Source: Phaeosaccion multiseriatum (lineage: Eukaryota > Protista > Ochrophyta, other classes). From it: a stretch of DNA of 64,000 bases. Position 1 is the stretch's first letter; each line of letters starts with the position of its first letter. The stretch covers positions 310,001-374,000 of the forward strand of contig OZ218955.1 in the NCBI GenBank assembly GCA_965112735.1, read 5' to 3'. The notes beneath the pieces are model-generated. The model was not told the DNA's origin. It saw only the letters and a list, made by a program, of their open reading frames with translations, and made no database searches. Below are positions 28,301 through 37,300 of the stretch, piece after piece. The position numbers were made by a program, and so were the translations under genes.

Positions 28301-31300
28301 GGCGGGCTGCAGATGGGGGAGGTAGAGGCTGCTTCTGGTCACGCAGCGAGAGGGGGGGCAGGAGGAGCGATAGGGCCGGTGGAAGGATCGGGAGGAGGAG
28401 GAGGGGGAGGAGGAGGAGGGGAAGGATGGCAGTGGATGGATGGAGGTTTCCGAGAGGAGGAAGTGATGCAGCTCGTGCGCAAGTTGCTGCACAGCTTTTT
28501 GGACATGGAGAGGAGGGATGCGTCACCATCTTCATCTGCGATATCACCAACTGCCGCGGGAGAGGCAGGAGGATGGCAGGCCGGACGTGAAGCTTGTGCT
28601 GCTGTATCACCAACTGCTGGTGAAGTGGGACTGGGGCGAGGGGGCTTGAGTGGGAGTAGGAGTGTGGGTGTGGGTGTGGGTGCGTGTGCGTCACTGTCGC
28701 TGAGCCGAGTACTTGTCGATGAGACGGTGCGGCACTTCGTTCGCTCCACCAAGCCCGCTGACTCGAGGCAGATGCAGGTAAGGAGGGTGTAGGGGATTAG
28801 GCAGACGCCACGTATTAGGAGGGCGGGGGTTGACACCAGGTTTATATGGTAGAGGTAGGCACGTGCGTGCGTGCGTGCGTGCGTGAGCATGGCAGACGGG
28901 TCAGGCTTTGTTTGACCCTCTCTCGCTTTGCAGCCCATGTCTTTTTTCTCTTGTCCTACTTGTATGCTTCACTGGGGTTGCTATCATCCGCCTCCCTGAC
29001 TGTTTGACTGTTTGAATGTTTGACTGACTGACTGACTGACTGACTGGCTGACCGACTGACTGTAATGAATGACTGACTGACTGACTGATTGATTGATTGA
29101 TTGATAGATTGATGGACTAATGGACTGATTGGCTGACTATCTTCGCGCCCCCTCCCCACCTCTCTACCCCCCTCCCCTCTCCCCTCTGTGAGCAGGTGCG
29201 AGAGTCACTCCACCCGTACTTCCCCGTGTGTGAGTATCAAGGAGAGGTGGTCTTCAAAGGATGCACGGCCCTCCGAGTACACTTCGACCCCAGGTGTCGC
29301 ACACACGCCCTCTCGGTCCTGACACTCGCCATGGATCCGCTCTTCTTGAGGGTGGCGGGGCGCTTTTCAGGCGGACCCGGTTCCTTCAGGCCTCTCCTCA
29401 TTCACGGGAATCGCTTCTTCTTCAAGTTTTCCAGCAGGTGAGTCGATGAATGAATGTGTCAAGATAGGGGAGGGGGTACCGAAGTGTCTGACTGGCGTTT
29501 CAAGGAGAGGCCTCTCGCTCTCGCCCTCGCTCTCTCTCCTTCTCGCTCGGTCTCTCCCTCCTCTTATGTGTGTTTGTGTGTATGCGTGTGCCGATCAATG
29601 ATTTGTTGACACTTCAATGGGGTGGTATCTTGGCCTGTCAAGGCCTGGCCTGAGCGCTTCCTCTCCCCCCCCCCTCCTCTTCTTTCCCGATGGATGGCAC
29701 CCTACTGCAAGCAGGCTCCCCTCCCTGGCAGGGCAGCTCTCTGCCTGTTCGCACGGGTGGGGCTATCGCTTTAGTGTGGTGCCTCTCTTGGGCCTGCAGT
29801 GGACGCACGAGCGACAGGTGAGTGAGTGAGTGAAGGAGTCAGTGAGTACGTGACTGAGTGAGCGAGGCCGTGAAGTGCCTTCGTTCCTCGGGCTTTGCTC
29901 TGGCCTTATTTTTGTTGCTTTGTACGTACGTTCCCACTCTCTTCTCCATCCCTTCGTTTGATTCCCTCCGTCCCTCCGTCCGTCCCTCCGTCCCTCCGTC
30001 CGTCCCTCCGTCCGTCCCTCCGTCCGTCCCTCCGTCCGTCCGTCCCTCCGTCCCTCCGTCCGTCCCTCCGTCCGTCCGTCCCTCCGTCCCTCCGTCCGTC
30101 CGTCCCTCCGTCCCTCCGTCCCTCCGTCCCTCCGTCCCTCCGTCCCTCCGTCCCGCCCTCCGTCCCTCCGTCCCTCCGTTCCGCCCTCCGTCCCTCCGTC
30201 CCTCCCTCCGTCCCTCCGTCCGTCCCTCCCTCCCTCCCTCCCTCCCTCCCTCCCTCCCTTCCTCCCTCCCTCCCTCCCTCCCTCCCTCCCTCCCTCCCTC
30301 CCTCCCTCCCTCCCTCCCTCCCTCCCTCCCTCCCTCCCTCCCTCCCTCCCTCCCTCCCTCCCTCCCTCCCTCCCTCCCTCCCTCCCTCCCTCCCTCCCTC
30401 CCTCCCTCCCTCCCTCTCTCCCTCCCTCCCTCCCTCTCTCCCTCCCTCCCTCCCTCCCTCCCTCACTCCCTCCCTCCCTCCCTCCCTACCTACCTCCCTA
30501 CCTCCCTCCCTCCCTACCTACCTACCTACCTCCCTCCCTCTCTCCCTCCCTCCCTCCGTCCCTCCCTCCCTCCCTCCCTCCGTCCCTCCCAAAAGGTTCT
30601 GCAAGACGCCAGTCTGGAATGGGCATGTTTCCTCCTCGACTTCCTCTTGGACCTTCACACAGCGCAGGCCCTCCCCCGGGGGGCTGTGCACAACGGGACC
30701 GTGTTTGCGGCCCTTGTGCGCTACCTCCGCTCGGGGGGTGTGCCTTACAAGGAGAGAGTTGTTGACCTCCTCACGCGGCTGCTGCGGCACACACACCTCT
30801 TCAGCGAGACCGATCCGCCGGACTTGGGTGCGTGGGCGCGCGCGTGTGAGGGTCTTTGGCGTGGGCGTGTGCGTGTGCGTGTGCGTGCGTGGTGCACACA
30901 TTGCTGTTGGGGGTTGGTGTTGTGGTGGCGGGGTCTGGGGTGGGGCTTTTGTTTCAAATCAGGTGTTTTGTCGTGTGTGTTTCCACATACCCCCTGTCTT
31001 CCTGACACCCCCTGTCTGCGCACCCTCTCCAGGCAAGTTGTCGGGGATCATATCCCTTGTGGCAGAGCGCTGTGCTGTCCGCAGCTCCGCCCTTAGAGAG
31101 AGAAGGAGGATGGCAACCAATGGCACGGGCAGCGCCGGCGGCGGCGGGGGGGGGGTGTCAGGACAGGGGGGCGACCACCCCGGTGGCCATCGTCAGGACA
31201 GTCAGGACTCAGACAACTTCAGCGACTGGGTCAATCAGAGGATCTTCGGGACCCCCAGAGTATTAGCAGGACGAGGAGGAGGAGGAGGAGGGGGGGGCGA

Positions 31301-34300
31301 GGGGTCGACAGGAGGTGGAGGAGCAGGGGCGGGGGCGGGGGCAGGTGGAGCAGGGGCAGGAGGGGTAGGGGCGTGCCACGTGTCTTCGCGGCTGCAAGCT
31401 CTTGTGGAGCTCAGCGTGGCCGCTCAGATCGCGCAAGAGACAGAGACAGACACACACAGAGAGCGACGAGCTCTTGGAGAAGATGGACGGCAGCAAAGTA
31501 TGCCGCTGTCGAGACCGGACCATGACAACGTGCCGCCATTGTCACTGCAGCTGCCGGCCTTTTCCCACGGAGACGAGCTTGCGTCCGCCCAGGGAGAGGG
31601 AGGCGAGCTTGACGCGGAGCCTCTGGCGACGGCGGCTGCGCTGCGGTCGGTGCTGGAGGTGGCTGACGCGATTCACCACCGTCGCCCTCTGCCTGACGCC
31701 CTTGTGTGTCAGGCCTACGTGGACGGGGTTGGTGTGCATGAGGAGGTGGATACGTCACAGTTGGCGCTGGAGGGGTTAGTGCTTCAGCAGCAGCAGCAGC
31801 AGCAGCAAGGGGAGAAGTCTGAGGAGGCCGCTCCTGTGGGGGTCGAGGGGGTGGAGAAGGGCTCGAGCAAGACCTGCCGTGATGAAACCGACGGTATTGC
31901 ATGTGGCAAGGCCAAGGTCAAGGGCAAGGTCCGGGTGCGCAAGGCGATGGGCGATGGGATCACGCAGTATGTCAGTGGGAGAGGCGAGGTGGTGTTTCCC
32001 GGGGCTGCCGCACTGCTTGTGCGCCTGGTTCTCTGTGGAGGACAAGGTGACGATGATGACGAGGAGGATGATGAGGGTGGGGAGGGTGGAGCAGCAGCCC
32101 GTTTCGAGGACAAGGATTTACCCACATTCGTGAGCAAGGGTGCGAGGCTGGTGATTGATGCGACTGGCGGTGAGACGGAGGAGGAGGAGGAGGAGGAGGA
32201 GGAGGAGGAGGAGGAGGAGGAGAAGGGGGAGGAGGAGGTGGAGGTGGAAGGGGAGGATGGGAGCATAGACAGCAACCCAGGGTGTGAAGAGCGCAAGGAG
32301 AACGACCCCGGGGTGGAAGAGAGCAAGGAGAACGACCCAGGGGTGGAGGAGAGCAAGGGGGCGGGGAAGCAGGAGGAGACCGAGGGTCGTTCAGAAGCGC
32401 TACTCGACGAGGGGCAAGGGCAGCAGCAGCAGTTGGTGATACAGCACGGCTCGGTGGGACCGCCGCGGCCGATGGAGGCGGAGGCCGTCGTTCCATCGGC
32501 CGTCGAAGGTGTTGTAAGCGACACGGCGGCACCGTTGCCTGCACCACCAGCAGGCGGTGATACAGCAGCAGAGGCTGAGTCAGGAGGGGAAGAGGTGACC
32601 AGCAGCCCTATCGAAAAGAGCACGCACCACCAGCAGTCCACAGATGGCAGTAATGTGATTGAGGTGCATGAGGACGAGGAGGAGAAGAAGGAGAAGAAGA
32701 AGAAGAAGAAGAAGAAGAAGAAGGAGGAGGAGGAGGAGGAGGGGAAGGAGGAGGAGGAGGAGGAGGAGGAGGAGGAGGAGGAGGAGGCGGAGGAGGAGGA
32801 GGAGGAGGAGGAGGAGGAGGAGGAGGAGAAGGAGGAGGAGGAGGAGGAGGAGGAGGAGGAGGAGGAGGAGGAGGAGGAGGAGGAGGAGGCGATACAACAT
32901 GCCGCCCCGCAGCTGACGATTCGTGTATCCGACGACCCCTCCCTCGATTTGCGCCAGGGCCAGTCACCATATGCTGCGCAGGGTCAGTCGGTTCCATCTG
33001 GATGGGGGGGGGGGGAGGAGGAAAACAGAGTGCCGCCTCCCCCCCCCGGGACTGCCTCTCCCCCGGGGGGGGTGCAGCAGCCGGAGTCTCCTCCGCCGCT
33101 GATTCGCTTGCCCCCCTCCTCTCTTGCGAAGGCTCCACCGAAGAGCACTGCCCCCCGGGGTGTCGTCCCCTCCGAAGAGAAGGTTCAGCAGATGGCAGAC
33201 TTGGGTAAGTCAACGATGGAGAGGGGGGGTGGGTACATTAGGCATCGTCCAAATGATGGGTCGGCTTCGGGTGGGTGGTGCTTTGGCTTCTGCTCACGCA
33301 TCTAGAGGGGATGCTTCCTCCTTTCCGATGACTATTCTTCCCTCCTTGACTGACTGACTGATTGACTGATTGACAGGTATGGATGCGGAGTGGTGTCGAG
33401 CCGCTCTACGCCGCTGTGGAGACGACTCAGACAGAGCCACGGGATATCTCTTCGACCATGAGGCGGAAATGCAGGGGATGGTGGAGGAGGACTCGGCTTT
33501 GGCATTGGCGGAGGCAGAGGAGAGGGCCCGCCTAGCAGCACCAGTTAGTGAGGCGGTTGTAGGATGGGGTGACACAGCAGGTGTGGACGATGCAGCAGCA
33601 AGGGCATTAGGAGGAGGAGGAGGGGGAGGAGGAGGCGGAGGAGGAGGAGGAGGAGGAGGAGGAGGAGGAGGAGGAGGAGGAGGAGGAGGAGGAGGAGGAG
33701 GGGGAGGAGGAGGAGGCGGAGCAGCAGCAGGAGGAGAAGGACAAGAAGGAGAAGGAGAAGAGCAAGAGGGTCAGGAGGTACCAGCACCTCTCGTGGTGGA
33801 CGGCGCTGCCCCTGAGACGGAGCAGGGGCAGGGGATAGCAGTGGATAGCAGCGACCAAGACGAGAGTCCCTACGGATGGGGCTCCTCCCTACCGGACATG
33901 TGGGGGGCGGCAGCTCACGGGGATGGGGAGGTGGATGGAGATAGGGGGTATATAGGGGGTGGAAATGGCAATGGCTGGTCGCAGCACGGGAGGCAGAGCA
34001 GCCTTGAGGTCGACTACGGCGAGGGAGACGAGGGCAGGTTAGTGTGAGTTTCAGTGTCGGGCTCGGGGAGAGTTGAGTTTCAGGACAAAGTGTTGTGCCT
34101 GTCTTTCGCCGCCTTAGCTGCAGCTGTGAGTCCCACTGGGCGGATGAGGTACATGCTACTCACGCTCCGTCCGTCCGTTCCGCAATGACTAACTTCACAC
34201 ACCGCCGCCCGCCCCATGCACCCTTTGCCCCTCCGCCATCCACTGCCATCCCCCCTACCCAGCACGGACGAGTGCCCGTCCCTCGTCAATGAAGACGGCG

Positions 34301-37300
34301 ACAGCCCCCTACACGGCAGCAATTGCGACTTTCACGGCAGCAGCTCCGCCCCGGCTCCGAACGGGGCGCTCACCTTGCCCTTCCCTACAGATGCCGCCGA
34401 CCGTACCACCAACGCGGCTGGTGTGGGGCAGGGGCAAGGGCAGGTCAATGAGGTTGGCGACGATGCGGATGACAACCTTGCGGAGGTCGACCCTTCCGCC
34501 CTTTCACAGATGACGGCGATGGGGTTGGATGTGGAGTGGGCCCGGGCGAGTCTGCGTCGATGTGCGAATGAGGTGGCGGCGGCGGTGGAGTTTTGCTTCA
34601 GCAACGACATGGCGGCTCTTGTTATGATGGACGCCAGGACAGAGGCAAGGAGGATAGAGAGGCGCGAGCATCAGCAGCAGCAGCAGCAGCCGCCGCTGAG
34701 TGAAGTGCTTGGAGTGACTCCACCAGTTGGTGATACAGCAGGGGCACGAGGAGCCCCGGAGGTTGGGGAGGCGCAGCAGCAGCAGCAGCAGCAGGAAGAG
34801 GAGGAGGAGAAGAAGAACGAGGGTTTCCGAGTGGAGGAGGAACGCGTGCTGTCTTCCGAGGAGCAGCGTAGGCGGGCATGGGCGGAGGCGGTGAGCTCCG
34901 TGACGACGGCAACTAGGCTGCAGGAGGGACTCATGCTGGCGTTACGGGTGGTTGGGGAGATGCCAGCGGATAGAGAGAAGGGCAGAGGAGGAGGAGGAGG
35001 AGGAGGAGGAGGAGGAGGAGGAGGAGGAGGAGTGGGTCCTATTCTACGTGCGGCGAACACCATCGGTACAGTGCCTTCGCTGGACGCGCACTGCCTGTTT
35101 GAGCTTGTAAGGCCCCCTGCCAGCACCCTCTCCAGGCTCTTGCAGCAACAACAAGACGCTGGCGGGCAAGTGAGCGCTAGCTGCGCACGCCGTCTGTCCC
35201 GGGGGTGCGTTTTCGTCCTCCAGGCTGCGTCTTGCAGGGCCTTCCTCGCGGTTACGGCGGACGGAGCTCTGGGCCTGGGTACAGACCTTTCCGAGGGCAC
35301 TCCCCTGCTACTCACGCTACTCCCGGATATCCAGACAAGGACGACTAATAGGAGGGTGCGAGCGTCGAGGCGGTTGGTGCTTCAGACTTGGAACGGGAGG
35401 AAAGTGCTGAGGCTCACGGAGGATGGGGAAGGGTTCCGATTCGAGGCCATGCCCCAGATGCCCCAGATGGCAGTGGAGGGAGGAGGGATGGCAGTGGATG
35501 GAAACAGCGTCCTGGAGGTGATGGTCATGGCTGAGCGACCCACGGTGGAGGCCAATGTGGAGTGGGAGTCCCACTTCGTCACATTCGCCTCCCCTGGGCG
35601 GGCCCTCGGAATGGGCAGTGGGGCCATTGGCGACGACCAGCTTCTGGCCAGATCGGCGGCGGTATCACCAACGGGTGAGGCTGAGGGTGGAGTACCCCAT
35701 GTGCCTGGTGCTGCGCCTGTGGTGCCTGCCTTGCTTGGCCCCTACGTGCGCGGGCGGATATCAGAGACGGCTACCGCAGCGGCCTCCTCCTCCCATGAAT
35801 CAAGGGCGGCAGGAGCAGGACCGGCTGGAGGAGGAGGAGGGGGGGCAGGGGCGACGCCGTCCGAGGAGCCGAGCGGGTGGGTTGCAGGAGAGAGCAACGC
35901 AGAGCAGTGGCTACAAGTGGACTTGCTCACGCCGACCAAGCTCACGGGGTTGGCGCTACAGGGAGGTGGGGAGGGCGCAGGCATGGTGCAGCAGTTCAAC
36001 ATCCGTGTCAGTGAGGACGGCCGCCGCTGGGCAGTCGTAGGGCAGCAGGAGCAGGAGGAGGGGCAAGGGCAGCACGGAGGAGAAGGAGATAGGGAAGGAG
36101 GAGGAGGAGGAGGAGGAGGAGGAGGAGGAGGAGGAGGAGGAGGAGGAGGAGGAGGAGGAGGAGGAGGAGGAGGAGGAGGAGGAGGAGGAGAAAGAGGAGG
36201 AGGTCGTTCGACTCTTCCTCTCTTGCCCGGCAACTACGACCCCAGGCAGGTGACGATGTATGTCTTCACGGGACCTTCGGGCAACGGAATCGTCGCCAGG
36301 TTTGTGCGCATATGCCCAACTCGCTGGCCGGGGAGTGGGCAGCAGGGCTCTTCTTCCACCGGAGCTGAAGGAGGAGAAGCCGTAGACAGGCTCGCCAACA
36401 AGGCCAAGGGCTTGTGTCTGCGCCTAGAGCTGTTCGGACCGGAGGTTTACGAGTTTTCCGGAGAGGAATTGGCTGCTGTGACTGGAGCTGGGGCTGTATC
36501 ACCAACTGCTGCCCTAATGGTTAGCGGCGGAAGTGCTGCCCAGAAAGGTGCCCTCTTGGCCAAGCAGCGTGCGGTGCTGCAGCAATGGCGACGGCGGCAG
36601 ATTCGCATTGAGGGGGATACCCTGCGCTTCTCCTTCGTTGCCCCGATGCTGCTCCGGACAGATCAAGAGAAAGGGGGGGATCAGGAGAAGGAAAGGGAAA
36701 GGGAGGAGGAGGGAGAGGAGGCCTCGACGCCGCAGCTACCGAAGGGTTTCAGGCTTTGTGTGACTGCGGTGGGCACGCCCGCCTCTGAGACGCTTCAGTG
36801 GCTGCAGGGGCGGAGGAGGGAGGTGGAGGAGGTGGGAAGGGTGATGCGAGACTGGCCCAAGCAGGCGGATGAAGAGCTTATGGAGTGGGCAAGCGCGCCG
36901 GGCAGGAGGGGGATGAGCGGGATGGCAAGAAGGGTGGGGTTGGGGAAGGGGGGGGGCATGACCAAGAGGGAGAAGGGCAAGCTGCAGGTGAGAGAGTGTT
37001 TGGGGGGGGGGGGGAGGACGCAGATAGGGAGAGAGATAAGAGTGAGGGCCCTCTGTATTTGTGTTCGCGTGTCTTTGCCACGCCTTTCCCTCACTCTTAC
37101 CCTCATCATTCCCAGCTAAGCCCCCCCCCCCCCCCCCCTACATATACCTTACCCCGCCCCTGCCCCCACCTCCCTCGCAGGTGCTCGCCTCCGTGCAACC
37201 CCCCGTGCTGCGTGCCATCCGCTACGCCCTCTTGCGTCACTTCGACGCCCAGCTCCGCACGGTCGTTCCCTTTGTCGACCTCCAGACACGCTCCCCCTGG

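Noticed and set aside
36889-36987. Possible GC-AG donor after ...ELMEW
   Set aside because: A canonical in-frame CAG|GTGAGA donor exists at 36988, and the intervening ~33 aa fit the expected spacing before the pre-HECT helix.
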